Part shown: piece after piece, positions 40,389 through 50,646 of the stretch | How positions within the stretch are numbered: position 1 is the stretch's first letter | Layout: every line of letters begins with the position of its first letter | Source: Gemmatimonadota bacterium | GTDB taxonomy: Bacteria > Gemmatimonadota > Gemmatimonadetes > Gemmatimonadales > GWC2-71-9 | Reading direction: 5' to 3' | Length of the DNA stretch: 64,000 nt | NCBI GenBank assembly: GCA_036679645.1 | Contig: JAZDCY010000056.1 | Coordinates: 93,820 to 157,819 of the forward strand | Translations under genes and position numbers: made by a program | The notes under the pieces: generated by a model | Seen by the model: only the letters and a program-made list of their open reading frames with translations | Database searches by the model: none | What the model was told of the DNA's origin: nothing

Positions 40389-41093
40389 ATGTCAAAGTGG
40401 CTCTCCCCGCTGCTCCTCACGTTGTTGGTTCCCACCGGCGCCTCAGCGCAGGTGGGGCACGATCCGGCCCATTCCCCGTACCGGGATATCCGCAACCGCA
40501 CCAGTTTCATCGCGACGGCGTGGCGCGTGACCGGTGGGGGCGGCAGCCTCGATATCGGTCCGCGGTCCGGCGAGGGTCTGGGTCTCCGGTACGAGATGCG
40601 TCTGACCGGCCCGAGCGACACGTTCTTCGAGGTCGCGTGGACCCGCCTCGAACGGAAGGTCATCGATCCCGACGGAGCGGAAGCGGACCGGGTTTCAGGT
40701 CCGGTGGACCAGTCCGTCGTCTTTGTGGGCTCGGGACTCAGCGTGTTGTTGGGCGGCGACAAGACGTGGAACGGTCTCGCACCCTATGTCGGCGGTTCGC
40801 TGGGTCTTGCCTTCGGAAGCGACGTCGCGTCCGACTCGAGTGGGTTCACCTTCAACGCGAAGTTGGTGAGCGGCCCGCACGCCGGCTTACGATGGTACGC
40901 CACGCGTGCGCTCTCGTTCCGCCTCGAGGGACGCCTGCTCTTTTGGCAGCTGAAGTACCCCAGCCGTTTCTTCGCCGATCCTCTCCGGGCTCCCGGCGAT
41001 TCTCCGGTGCTCAACCTGGCAACGGACCCCGACTCGGAGTGGACGTCGCATCCGACGCTCACCATCGCCGTGGGGTACGCCCTGCGGCTCTAA
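40389..41093 (+). CDS. Small outer-membrane beta-barrel protein
   Basis: Signal peptide; alternating strands APYVGGSLGL, AGLRWY, FRLEGR, LTIAVGYAL. Confidence 0.7.
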   Translation: MSKWLSPLLLTLLVPTGASAQVGHDPAHSPYRDIRNRTSFIATAWRVTGGGGSLDIGPRSGEGLGLRYEMRLTGPSDTFFEVAWTRLERKVIDPDGAEADRVSGPVDQSVVFVGSGLSVLLGGDKTWNGLAPYVGGSLGLAFGSDVASDSSGFTFNAKLVSGPHAGLRWYATRALSFRLEGRLLFWQLKYPSRFFADPLRAPGDSPVLNLATDPDSEWTSHPTLTIAVGYALRL

Positions 41094-41096
41094 CGC

Positions 41097-41801
41097 GTGG
41101 ACTTCATCGCCGACGGATTCCGGCGTGGTGCACAACTTGTCGCGACCGGAGACGCCGAGGTCTTCGGCATTGCGTTGCTGTCGTTTCGGGTCGCCGTCGT
41201 CGCCACCATTCTCTCGTGTTTCATCGGCATTCCAGTCGGATTCGTCGTGGGAACGACCCGTTTTTGGGGACGCCGCGCGGCGATTACCGCGCTCAACACG
41301 ATGCTGGCGTTTCCGACGGTCGTCGTAGGACTCCTCGTGTGGGGCCTGTTGGCGCGCGGCGGGCCGCTGGGCGGGATGGGCCTTCTCTACACGTGGTGGG
41401 CCATCGTGATCGCGGAGGTCGTGCTCGCCGTACCGATCGCGGCGGCGCTCACCGCTGCAGCCGTTCAGGGTATCGACCCGCGCGTACGGCGCACGGCCAT
41501 GACACTCGGGGCTGGGCCGTGGCGGGTTCACTGGACGGTGGCCCGTGAGGCACGTTATGCCCTGGGTGCCGCCGTGGTCGTCGCCTTCGGCCGGGTGCTG
41601 GCCGAGGTCGGGGCGGCGATGATCGTGGGCGGCAACATCCGTCACCACACCCGTACGCTCACGACTGCCGTGGCGCTCGCGACCTCACAGGGAGACTTCG
41701 CGTTGGCGATGGCGGTGGGTCTCGTGCTGATCTCCATTGCGCTCACCGTGAACGTCCTTCTCCAGATGCTGCAGGCGCGTGGTGATGCTGCAGGCGCGTA
41801 A
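41097..41801 (+). CDS. tupB: Tungstate ABC transporter permease
   Basis: PTVVVGL..W.LL.R.GPLG, AFGRVLAEVGAAMIVGGNI..HTRTLTTA. Confidence 0.85.
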   Translation: MDFIADGFRRGAQLVATGDAEVFGIALLSFRVAVVATILSCFIGIPVGFVVGTTRFWGRRAAITALNTMLAFPTVVVGLLVWGLLARGGPLGGMGLLYTWWAIVIAEVVLAVPIAAALTAAAVQGIDPRVRRTAMTLGAGPWRVHWTVAREARYALGAAVVVAFGRVLAEVGAAMIVGGNIRHHTRTLTTAVALATSQGDFALAMAVGLVLISIALTVNVLLQMLQARGDAAGA

Positions 41802-42780
41802 CCTCACCCAACGGCGTGCCGGTCGTTCGGTCATCGATATTGCGGAGCTCGATCTTCCGCCCGGCACCGGAACTGCCATCGTGGGCCCCAACGGGTCGGG
41901 GAAGAGCACGTTGCTCCGCCTGCTTGCGTTCGTCGACACACCAACTGGAGGGTCACTGACCTTCGAGGGGCGGCCGATTCGAACGCGCGCCGACCGGAAG
42001 ACGGCGCGCCGTGCCGTAACGCTGGTCGAGCAACACCCGCTGCTGTTCGACGTGACGGTGCAAGCGAACCTGCGCTACCCACTCGCCCTGCGCCGGCTCG
42101 ACCCCTCGGAGATCGACCGTCGCATTGCCGCGAGCCTCGAGGCGCTCGGCGCCGCGCATCTGCGCCATCGGCCCGCCCGCGCCCTCTCGGGCGGCGAGAC
42201 GCAGCGCGTCGCCCTCGCGCGGGCCCTGGCCCTGCAACCGCGCCTCCTGCTGCTGGACGAGCCGCTCAGCGCCGCCGACCGGTCGGCCACTGCCCTGCTG
42301 GCCGCTGCCCTCGGGCAGCTCCTGGCCGAGGGCACCACCGTCTGTTTCACCTCGCACCAGCTGGAGGACGCCTACCGTTGGGCGGACCGGGTCGTTGCGC
42401 TCACCGACGGCCGCATCACCGGCGTCACGCCAGAAAACCTGTTTCGGACGGACCTTCCCGCCGGGTACGGATCGAAGACGGTGCGCGCCGGTCCGCTCGA
42501 GCTGATCGTGGTGACGGATCTCACTGGCCCGGCAACCGTACTCATTCCACCGGACGACATCGTCGTGAGCACGCAGCGTTTCGAGTCGAGCGCCCGCAAT
42601 CAGTTCGCCGGTAAGATCATCCGTCTGGCTGACGACGGGCACGGGCGCGTGTCGCTCACCGTAGATGTCGGAACGGATCTGATCGTGCGGATCACCCCCG
42701 CCGCCCTCGCCGATCTGGGGCTCGGGCTCGGATCTGAGGTCATGCTCTCGGTCAAGGCGATGGCCGTGCAGGTGATCTGA
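41785..42780 (+). CDS. tupC: Tungstate/molybdate ABC ATPase with TOBE domain
   Basis: GPNGSGKST, LSGGETQRVALARAL, LLLDEP, SARNQF...VKAMAV TOBE domain. Confidence 0.85.
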   Translation: MLQARNLTQRRAGRSVIDIAELDLPPGTGTAIVGPNGSGKSTLLRLLAFVDTPTGGSLTFEGRPIRTRADRKTARRAVTLVEQHPLLFDVTVQANLRYPLALRRLDPSEIDRRIAASLEALGAAHLRHRPARALSGGETQRVALARALALQPRLLLLDEPLSAADRSATALLAAALGQLLAEGTTVCFTSHQLEDAYRWADRVVALTDGRITGVTPENLFRTDLPAGYGSKTVRAGPLELIVVTDLTGPATVLIPPDDIVVSTQRFESSARNQFAGKIIRLADDGHGRVSLTVDVGTDLIVRITPAALADLGLGLGSEVMLSVKAMAVQVI

Positions 42781-42800
42781 CCGGCGAGTAGATTGCTAGC

Positions 42801-43226
42801 GTGCCGACCGCCCGTCTGACCCGCATCGTGCCTTTCAGCGCGGCGCACCGCTACTATCGGCCCGAGTGGTCAGACGAGCGCAACGACGAGGTGTTCGGTC
42901 TATGCGCGCGCGAGCACGGACACGGGCACAATTACCGCTGTCACGTAACGGTGAGCGGTCCCGTGTCGGAGGAGACGGGCATGCTCGTGGACCTGGCGAC
43001 GCTCGATGGTCTCCTGGACGAGGAGATCCGCCAGCCATTCGATCATCGGCATCTGAACCACGATGTTGCCGAGTTCGCGTTTGGGAAACGGATTCCCACC
43101 GCGGAGGCGCTGGCAATCTACGTCTGGGACCGACTGACGCCGCGCTTGCCTACCACCATCAGCCTGGAAACCGTCCGGATCGAGGAGGATCACGATCTCT
43201 ACGCCGAGTACCATGGCGAGCCCTGA
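42801..43226 (+). CDS. queD: 6-carboxy-tetrahydropterin synthase / PTPS family
   Basis: FSAAH, C...HGHGHNY, GMLVD, FDHRHLN, PTAE. Confidence 0.85.
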   Translation: MPTARLTRIVPFSAAHRYYRPEWSDERNDEVFGLCAREHGHGHNYRCHVTVSGPVSEETGMLVDLATLDGLLDEEIRQPFDHRHLNHDVAEFAFGKRIPTAEALAIYVWDRLTPRLPTTISLETVRIEEDHDLYAEYHGEP

Positions 43227-43974
43227 CCCGGTACCGACGCGCAAGCGCGGCGGCCGCTTGGCGCATCACGCGCTAGTGGACGAGGTTCCCGTGTGGCTCG
43301 AGATCAATGGCACCCCGACCGTGACCTGGATGTGCACACCGGAGCTGCTCGAGGAGTTGGCAATCGGTTGGCTCCACGGTGAGGGATACATCCGATCCAC
43401 TGATGACGTCGTGAGTTTGCGACCGTGCGCGACCGACCTCGGCTTCTGGGCGGACGTGAGTAGTGATCTGGTAGACGCAGTGCGCGCGGAAGACCGGACA
43501 CCCGTACTGGCTTCGGGCTGTGGGTCGGTTTCGATCATGTTGGCCGATCCGTCCACGCAGTCGCGCCAGGATGTACGCGGCCCCGCGCCCGACACGGCGT
43601 CATTGCGCGGATTGTTCAAGCAAGTTTTTGCGCGGGGCGAACGGTATCAGACGACCGGCGGGATTCATGCGGCCGCTCTGACCGACGGCGAGGCGCTCTT
43701 CCACCACGCGGAGGACATCGGCCGGCACAACGCCGTAGACAAGGTAATCGGCGCCGCCCTGTTGGACCGTCGCAACGTCGTGGGGCTCGGGCTTCTCGTG
43801 ACTGGGAGGATCTCCGCGGAGCTGGCGTTCAAGGCCGCACGGGCGGGGTTGGACTGGGTCGCCACCCCATCGGTCCCGTCAACGCTCGCGGCGCGGGTCG
43901 CCGCGCGCGCCGGTATGTACCTCGTGGGCCGGGCAGTGAGCGGGACTCCCCACGTGCACCATCCGCACGCGTGA
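43213..43974 (+). CDS. fdhD: Formate dehydrogenase accessory sulfurtransferase
   Basis: SGCG, TGGIHAAAL, EDIGRHNAVDK, TGRIS. Confidence 0.9.
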   Translation: MASPDPVPTRKRGGRLAHHALVDEVPVWLEINGTPTVTWMCTPELLEELAIGWLHGEGYIRSTDDVVSLRPCATDLGFWADVSSDLVDAVRAEDRTPVLASGCGSVSIMLADPSTQSRQDVRGPAPDTASLRGLFKQVFARGERYQTTGGIHAAALTDGEALFHHAEDIGRHNAVDKVIGAALLDRRNVVGLGLLVTGRISAELAFKAARAGLDWVATPSVPSTLAARVAARAGMYLVGRAVSGTPHVHHPHA

Positions 43975-44576
43975 CCGTACGTGGCGCGGTGCTCGCCGGC
44001 GGGAAGGCCAGTCGCTACGACGGGCGGCCCAAGGGACTCGAGCGTGTCGGTGGCGAGCGTATCCTCGACCGTGTCATCGCGGCCATGAAGATCGCGGTCG
44101 GGACACCGCCTCTCCTGATCGCGAACGCCGAGGACGCGAAAACCTGGAGATCCGATCTGACAATCATGGCCGATCTCCGACCCGATTGCGGCAGCCTGGG
44201 TGGTCTCTACACGGCCGTAGGCGCGGGAAGCGAACCCGTGCTCACAGTGGCCTGGGATATGCCGTTCGTGCCGCCGGAGTTGCTCAAGGCGCTCATCGAC
44301 GGGGCCGAGGGATACGACGTCTTCCTCCCCGAAAGCGGCGGACGCCGAGGGGTGGAACCATTATGCGGTGTCTACGGTCCCAACTGCGGGGATGCAATAC
44401 AGCTATCGCTCGACGACGAAGATTTTCGGGCAATCGGGTTCCACCGCGCGGTGCGCGTGGGAACCCTCCCGCTCGAGACGGTGTCGTCCTTTGGCGATCC
44501 GGAGACGCTGTTTTTCAACGTGAACTCGACTGAAGACCTCAAAACTGCAGAGGAGCTGTGGCGCCAACTCGCATGA
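43971..44576 (+). CDS. mobA: Molybdenum cofactor guanylyltransferase
   Basis: LAGGKASRY...KG, G.LGGL, DMPF, EPLC.VY, FFNVN. Confidence 0.92.
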   Translation: MTVRGAVLAGGKASRYDGRPKGLERVGGERILDRVIAAMKIAVGTPPLLIANAEDAKTWRSDLTIMADLRPDCGSLGGLYTAVGAGSEPVLTVAWDMPFVPPELLKALIDGAEGYDVFLPESGGRRGVEPLCGVYGPNCGDAIQLSLDDEDFRAIGFHRAVRVGTLPLETVSSFGDPETLFFNVNSTEDLKTAEELWRQLA

Positions 44577-45094
44577 TGTCCGTCATCGGACGGAAGAACG
44601 CCGGGAAGACCACGCTCGTGGTTGCGCTCGCGCAGGAGTACGCACGTCGCGGCCGCAAGGTGGCAACGATCAAGCACGGACACCACCCGACCGTGCTTGA
44701 CCAGGAGGGAAAAGACACCTGGCGTCACTACCATGAAGGGAAAGCCTTCCAGACGCTAATCGAGTCACCCGGCGAGAGAGCACTCTTCGAGCGTACCGAC
44801 GAGGAGGCAAGCCCGCTCGTTCTGGCCAGGCGGTACATGAGCAACGCGGACGTCGTCATTGTCGAGGGCTTCAGTCAGCACGAGATCCCGAAGATCGAGG
44901 TGTATCGCAAGAGCGAGCACCCCACGCCGATCTTCGACGAGGCGAAACACGATCCGTCACAGTGGATCGCGATACTGGTCGACGACCGAACCCTCCGGTT
45001 CCCTTTCCCGGTGTTTTCCTTCGGCGATACGAGTTGGTTCAACAACCTCGCCCACGTCGCCTGGAGCCGTGCCATGGTGCTCGACGCCGAGTAG
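44558..45094 (+). CDS. mobB: Molybdopterin-guanine dinucleotide biosynthesis protein B
   Basis: GRKNAGKTTL, IKHGHH, GKDT.R, VEGF, PKIEV. Confidence 0.9.
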   Translation: MAPTRMMSVIGRKNAGKTTLVVALAQEYARRGRKVATIKHGHHPTVLDQEGKDTWRHYHEGKAFQTLIESPGERALFERTDEEASPLVLARRYMSNADVVIVEGFSQHEIPKIEVYRKSEHPTPIFDEAKHDPSQWIAILVDDRTLRFPFPVFSFGDTSWFNNLAHVAWSRAMVLDAE

Positions 45095-45095
45095 C

Positions 45096-46349
45096 ATGCG
45101 TTCTCCCGGCCAGGCGGCCCGTGACATCCTCGAACACATCAACGCGCTCGCCGTCGAGCGACTCCCGATTCCGGAAGCGCTCGGGCGGGTTGCGGCGGCG
45201 GATGTCTCCAGTCCCATAGATCTCCCGCCGTGGGACAACTCGGCTATGGATGGTTACGCCGCCCGGAGCACGGACCTCACGGGCGCCGCCACGGGAGCGC
45301 CCGCACCGGAACTCCGCGTTGTCGAGGTGATACCAGCCGGCGCGTTCCCGTCACGGGCGCTCCGGCCAGGTGAGTGCAGCCGCATCTTCACGGGCGCACC
45401 GCTACCGGACGGATCGGATACGGTGATCCGTCAGGAGGATGTCACTGACCTCGATGCGGGACGTGTTCGCATCAACGATCTCCGTGACGTCGGACGTAAC
45501 GTGCGGCGCCACGGGGAGGACATCGAGCGAGATCACATCGTCATCGAGCAGGGCACGCCAATCGACCCGGCGCACGTGGGCTTGCTCGCTTCGATCGCGC
45601 AGCTGGACGTGCCGGTCTACCGGAAGCCGAAAGTCGCGATTCTGGGTTCCGGCGACGAGATCGTCGACCTCGACGAGCGCGATGCGATCTTGCGGGGACG
45701 CAAGATTGCGTCGTCGAACACGTACACGCTCGTCGCCATGATCGCGCAGGCGGGTGCTACGGCCACCAACCTCGGGATCGCGCGAGACGATCCCGCGGAC
45801 CTGCGGGCTCGCCTTGCCGGTGCGGCCGACGCCGATCTACTCGTGACGTCTGCCGGTATCAGCGTCGGCGAGCACGACCACATGCGGACCGTACTCGAGG
45901 ACATGGGCGCCGATCTCAAGTTCTGGCGATTGGGCATGCGACCGGGAGCGCCGGTGGGGTTCGGCATCGTCGATGCCACCCCCTGGATTGGTTTGCCGGG
46001 AAACCCGGTCAGCACCATGGTCACATTCGAGCTGTTTGCGCGGCCGGCGATCCGCAAAATGCTGGGCCACCGCGCATTGTTCCGCCGGACAGTGCGCGTA
46101 CACCTCGCGGAGCCGCTCCAGATCAAGAGCAGGCTCACCCACTTCCTGCGAGCTATCGTGACCGAGCATGACGGGACGCTGTCAGCCCGACTCACCGGCC
46201 CGCAAGGGTCGGGAATCCTCACCTCGATGGCCAAGGCCAACGCCTTGCTCATCGTTCCCGCAGATGAGGACGAGTTTGCTGAAGGGGAGACCCTATCGGC
46301 GATGATGCTCCATGAACCAATACACGTGGAGGAACCGCCGTTCGAGTAG
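45096..46349 (+). CDS. moeA: Molybdopterin molybdotransferase
   Basis: DNSAMDGYA, IFTGAPLP, SGDE, GLPGNPVS, QGSGIL.SM..AN. Confidence 0.95.
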   Translation: MRSPGQAARDILEHINALAVERLPIPEALGRVAAADVSSPIDLPPWDNSAMDGYAARSTDLTGAATGAPAPELRVVEVIPAGAFPSRALRPGECSRIFTGAPLPDGSDTVIRQEDVTDLDAGRVRINDLRDVGRNVRRHGEDIERDHIVIEQGTPIDPAHVGLLASIAQLDVPVYRKPKVAILGSGDEIVDLDERDAILRGRKIASSNTYTLVAMIAQAGATATNLGIARDDPADLRARLAGAADADLLVTSAGISVGEHDHMRTVLEDMGADLKFWRLGMRPGAPVGFGIVDATPWIGLPGNPVSTMVTFELFARPAIRKMLGHRALFRRTVRVHLAEPLQIKSRLTHFLRAIVTEHDGTLSARLTGPQGSGILTSMAKANALLIVPADEDEFAEGETLSAMMLHEPIHVEEPPFE

Positions 46350-46373
46350 CGGTCGCGTCGCGACCCGTCTCGG

Positions 46374-48035
46374 CTACATCCGCTTGTACGTCGGACCCGA
46401 TCCACCTTCCCGCGGTGTCCACCGGGGACCCAGCACGTCCGTCGCCTTGCAATCGACGCAGTTGGGCGCATTCACGCGTAACGCCCCCTCAACCCATTCA
46501 TAGACGCCCGCGGGGCACATGCGCACGTACATTTCCGCCGTCGCCTGGTCGATATCATCGGCCGCAATGAGATGGCTCGGAATGTCGTCGCGCGTGGCAT
46601 TCCCGGACTTGAACACGGCGTCCACCTTGGAGATCGTGGTACTGCCATCGGGTACAAACGGCTTGGCTGCACGCGCCACCTTGGGCTCCGCGGCATCTTC
46701 CGACACGGCAATCCGCCACCCGGGAAACCAGCCCCCGGTCGCTGTCATCAGAGCCGCTTTCAGGCCGCCACGGTAGAACCCGCTCTTGAACGCCAGGCGC
46801 ATGTTTCGTGTGCGTTTGAGATCCGACACGATGTAGGACGCGTCGACGAGTCTGTCGTACTCCTCGAGTTGCGCTGCCGACGTATCGTCGGTTTGCAGAG
46901 CCCGGTAGATGGCACGCGCCGCGTAGATGCCCGATTGGACCGCGTAGTGGATGCCCTTCAACGAGGGCACATCGACGAAACCCGCGGCGTCTCCGAGCAA
47001 GACAATGCCGTCACCGTGACAGCGGTCGGGAAGCGAGTAGTAGCCCCCTTCGGGAATCGTCTTCGCACCCCATTCCACCAATTCACCGCCAGCCAGATAT
47101 TTTTGGAAGAGCGGGTGCAGCTTCAGGTGTTGCAACAGCTCGTGTACGTCGAGCGCGGCATCGCCGTAGTCTAGTCCGACCACGAGCCCAAGGGCCACGA
47201 CATTGGGTTCCATGGGATACATGAAGCTGCCGCCAAACGCGTCACGAGGGAGCGGCCATCCCATCGTATGAATCACGCGGTCGAGCGATTGCTTCGTTTC
47301 CCAGATTTCCTTGACGCCCAGTGCAAAGATCTGCGGATTCTGCGATCCTACATGCTGCCACTCGAGGTATGCTTGTGTGAGCGTCCCGCGAGTGCCCTCC
47401 GACAGGGCGGTCACCTTGGCCACGATGTCGGCGGCGGGCATGTAGTTGGCCTGGGGCTCGCCGTCGCGCCCGAGTCCGGTGGGTTCGGTACGAACACCGG
47501 TGACCCGGTCCCCCTCGACCAAGAGTGACTCCGCGGGGAACCCGGCGAACACGTTGACGCCGAGCCCTTCCGCCTTCTCTCCCAACCAGCGCACGATCTC
47601 GCTGATCGACGCCACGAAGTTGGCTCTGTTGTGCATCGTTGGCGGCGCGGGAATTCGCTGCGCGCGCCCTGATGTCAGGAGGTATACCGCGTCCTTCGGA
47701 GCCGGGCCACGAAACGGGAACTCGTCGTCGGATAGATCGGGAAAGAGCTCACGGAACGCTCGTGGGTTGACGACCGCACCGGAGAGGTTGTGCTCCCCAA
47801 GCGTACCGGCCTTCTCCAGCACCCCGATCTCGACGTCCCCAATCCCGGTGCCGGCTTCGTTGTCCCGCTGCACGAGGCGAGCGAGCTCAATGGCACCAGC
47901 CAGTCCCGCCGGTCCACCGCCGACGAACACGACATCCATGGGGATGTGCTCGTCGTGGGGGGCCTCGGAGAGGATGAGTCGGTCGAGCGGAAGCCGCGGT
48001 TGGCGGTCGGACGGGATCACCCGCCGCCCGCTCAT
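46374..48035 (-). CDS. Electron transfer flavoprotein-quinone oxidoreductase
   Basis: GGGPAGL, SGAV, GVKEIW, GAKTIPEGGY, KGIH, CPAGVYE...NCVDCKA.D, PREGGSGP.Y. Confidence 0.92.
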   Translation of the reverse strand: MSGRRVIPSDRQPRLPLDRLILSEAPHDEHIPMDVVFVGGGPAGLAGAIELARLVQRDNEAGTGIGDVEIGVLEKAGTLGEHNLSGAVVNPRAFRELFPDLSDDEFPFRGPAPKDAVYLLTSGRAQRIPAPPTMHNRANFVASISEIVRWLGEKAEGLGVNVFAGFPAESLLVEGDRVTGVRTEPTGLGRDGEPQANYMPAADIVAKVTALSEGTRGTLTQAYLEWQHVGSQNPQIFALGVKEIWETKQSLDRVIHTMGWPLPRDAFGGSFMYPMEPNVVALGLVVGLDYGDAALDVHELLQHLKLHPLFQKYLAGGELVEWGAKTIPEGGYYSLPDRCHGDGIVLLGDAAGFVDVPSLKGIHYAVQSGIYAARAIYRALQTDDTSAAQLEEYDRLVDASYIVSDLKRTRNMRLAFKSGFYRGGLKAALMTATGGWFPGWRIAVSEDAAEPKVARAAKPFVPDGSTTISKVDAVFKSGNATRDDIPSHLIAADDIDQATAEMYVRMCPAGVYEWVEGALRVNAPNCVDCKATDVLGPRWTPREGGSGPTYKRM

Positions 48036-48694
48036 GATCCGATGTTGATGCGGGCGCCGATCGTCAGAATCGCGTCGCGCGCGGTTCCGGTGGCTGCGAA
48101 CGTGGACGGAAGACCCGACTCTTCCGGGAACATGAAGTAGTTCAGGAAGGCGACACGCACACCTGCGCGCCGGCCGATTGCCGCGTCATAGCCGATGGAG
48201 ATGACGAACCCGTATTCCGAAACTGCCTGGTTCTGGCCAACAACCGGACCGGGATTCCCCCACCGCACCGTCGCGCCGCCCAACCCGAAGTAGATTGGCG
48301 CCCGCGCCTTGAACCGCCACAAGAGCAGCGCCGTCCCACGAACCGTCGTGACACGATCCCGTGAGGAACAGTTCTCCAGAATGCAGACGAGCTGCCTGGG
48401 CCGTGCAAACGATCCCGCGACCGAAAGGCCAAACGTACCGAAGAGCGGAATCTGCACCTGGGCTCCGACCTCCGGCCCGGAGCTGGCCTTGTGCTTGAAG
48501 CACTCGTCGGGCGTAGCCGGACATGTCGCCGCGTCGGCTTGATTGGCGCGTACCCCCCGGGACCCGAGCGCGACGTACGGCGTGACCGCGAAACCAAACG
48601 CGTGCCGCCGAACCCGGCGCACACCCGTTTGCGCCCCAGCTACGGAAGTGACGATGACCAGCGCGCATACAGCCACGATCCCACGTGCGTACAT
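48032..48694 (-). CDS. Exported beta-barrel-like hypothetical protein
   Basis: Signal peptide; alternating strands (PIYFGLGG, IGYD, RVAF, LTIGARI). Overlaps both neighbours. Confidence 0.65.
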   Translation of the reverse strand: MYARGIVAVCALVIVTSVAGAQTGVRRVRRHAFGFAVTPYVALGSRGVRANQADAATCPATPDECFKHKASSGPEVGAQVQIPLFGTFGLSVAGSFARPRQLVCILENCSSRDRVTTVRGTALLLWRFKARAPIYFGLGGATVRWGNPGPVVGQNQAVSEYGFVISIGYDAAIGRRAGVRVAFLNYFMFPEESGLPSTFAATGTARDAILTIGARINIGS

Positions 48695-49665
48695 CAGTTC
48701 CCCCTGACCTTGCGAATCTCCTCGGTAAGGCGCGGGACCACCTTGAAGAGATCACCAACGATACCGTAGTCGGCAACTTTGAAGATCGGCGCGTCCTTGT
48801 CTTTGTTGATCGCGACGATCACCTTGGCCGTACGCATTCCTGCCAGATGCTGGATGGCGCCGGAAATACCGACCGCGACGTATAGATTAGGGCTCACAGT
48901 CTTGCCCGTCTGACCAACCTGTTCCGCGTGCGGACGCCATCCGGCATCGACGACCGCTCGTGATGCCCCGACCGCCGCATTGCCCAACGCCGCCGCAAGG
49001 TCCTCGATGAGCTTGAAGTGCTCGGGCTCCTTGAGCCCTCGCCCGCCACTCACGACGATCGGCGCCTCTGCCACATCGAGCGCAGCCTTCCCCGGCTCTT
49101 TTACCAGCACCGTGCACGCAACCCCATCTGACGCTCCCGCAAACCCCACTGTCTCTATTGCACCGGCGGCCTGCGACTCGCTGGGCGAGAAATTATTGGG
49201 GCGCAACGTGATGACGCACGGCGAATTGGTAATGCGTAGACGATAGTCTGCCTTCCCTGCGTACACTGGCCGACCGACCACGATCCCCTCGTCGTACTCC
49301 AGCGCCGTCACGTCGCCCGCGAGCGGGCACCCGAGCCGTGCCGCGATGCGCGGTGCCAGATCCCGCCCCATGGCCGTCGCCGCGAGCAGCACCGCACCGT
49401 AGGTGCCGTCGGCGACGCGGGAGGTCACCACGTCCGCGTAGGACGACGCCTGATACAGTGCCAGCGCGTCGTCTGCCGTCACGAAGACCGTGTCCGCGCC
49501 CCAGGCACCCAGCCCGTCGCCATCCATCCCTCCAGGGCCGATGAGTACCGCGTGCAGCTCCCCCCCGATGGCGCTCGCCAGCGTGCGGCCCGCCGATAGG
49601 GTCTCGTGGGAAACACGTTTCAGTGTCCCGTCACGTTGCTCGAGCACTGCCAAGACGTTCGCCAT
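48694..49665 (-). CDS. etfA: ETF alpha subunit
   Basis: [40 protein letters not shown]. Confidence 0.96.
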   Translation of the reverse strand: MANVLAVLEQRDGTLKRVSHETLSAGRTLASAIGGELHAVLIGPGGMDGDGLGAWGADTVFVTADDALALYQASSYADVVTSRVADGTYGAVLLAATAMGRDLAPRIAARLGCPLAGDVTALEYDEGIVVGRPVYAGKADYRLRITNSPCVITLRPNNFSPSESQAAGAIETVGFAGASDGVACTVLVKEPGKAALDVAEAPIVVSGGRGLKEPEHFKLIEDLAAALGNAAVGASRAVVDAGWRPHAEQVGQTGKTVSPNLYVAVGISGAIQHLAGMRTAKVIVAINKDKDAPIFKVADYGIVGDLFKVVPRLTEEIRKVRGN

Positions 49666-50417
49666 CAGAGCACCTTCGCTTCCGTCCGCAGGGCCTCGAT
49701 GAGAGCTGGTACCGCGTCGGCGCCTTCGCCCACAATGCGGCCTCCCTGTCGCTCGGGCGGGAGCGTCAGCGTCACGACCTCTATACCGCCAGATGTCAAC
49801 TCGACGTCGCGCACCTCGAGCGGCTTCTTCTTGGCCATCATGATGCCCTTCAACGCGGGGTAGCGCGGCTCATTCAACCCCTTGTCGGTCGTCACCACCG
49901 CCGGAAGCGGGAAGTCGACGACCTCGACCCCCCCCTCGATCTCCCGCTCGGCGGTCCCCTTCCCGTCCGCGATCATCAGATGAGCCACCGCGCTCACCGA
50001 CGGAATACCGAGTAGCTCGGCGACCATCGTTCCCACGGCGTGACTGTAGTCATCGACGGCGAGCTTGCCGGTCAGGATCAGATCGAAGCCCTCGTCTCGT
50101 AGCGCGTCGGCAAGCAGTCGCGCAACGGGAAGCGGATCGAGCGAGCGCTCATTTGTCTTGAGCAGAACACCGCGGTCCGCGCCCATGGCGAGCACCGTCC
50201 GAATCGTCTCCTGGCACGCGTCCCCGCCCAGGGAGTAGACGACCACCTCTCCCGTCCCGGCGGCTTCCTTCAAGCGCAGCGCTTCCTCGACCGCGTACTC
50301 GTCGTACGGGTTGAGTACGAACTTGACGCCCGCCTCGTTGATGGACTTCCCGTCGGGGCCAATCTTGATGCGCGTCTCGGTGTCCGGAACACGCTTCACG
50401 CTGACAGCGATCTTCAC
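49665..50417 (-). CDS. etfB: ETF beta subunit
   Basis: VKRVPD, NPYDEYAVEEAL, AMGAD, NEPRYP.LKGIM.AKKK. Confidence 0.96.
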   Translation of the reverse strand: MKIAVSVKRVPDTETRIKIGPDGKSINEAGVKFVLNPYDEYAVEEALRLKEAAGTGEVVVYSLGGDACQETIRTVLAMGADRGVLLKTNERSLDPLPVARLLADALRDEGFDLILTGKLAVDDYSHAVGTMVAELLGIPSVSAVAHLMIADGKGTAEREIEGGVEVVDFPLPAVVTTDKGLNEPRYPALKGIMMAKKKPLEVRDVELTSGGIEVVTLTLPPERQGGRIVGEGADAVPALIEALRTEAKVL

Positions 50418-50646
50418 TGTAACCTCAGATGACACTTGTATTTAGCTGGACTGCGCGGCGAGCGCCGCACGTCGCCGGAAACTACTCCCCCGTGCGAATG
50501 GGGGCAACGTCGTTGGTCCGTCACACCGCCTCGTGGCCAAAGCGCCCGGCGAGTCCGCGCAGGACATACCGCACCATGAGTCACCGTATCCCGGGAAGTC
50601 CGCGATGGCGGTGGGGTATGCGGAAAGTCTAGTCGGACGGGAGACA

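Noticed and set aside
50470..50510. yybP-ykoY riboswitch (GGGGAGUA on the minus strand)
   Set aside because: The other conserved elements were not found, and the downstream gene is not a Mn-related transporter.
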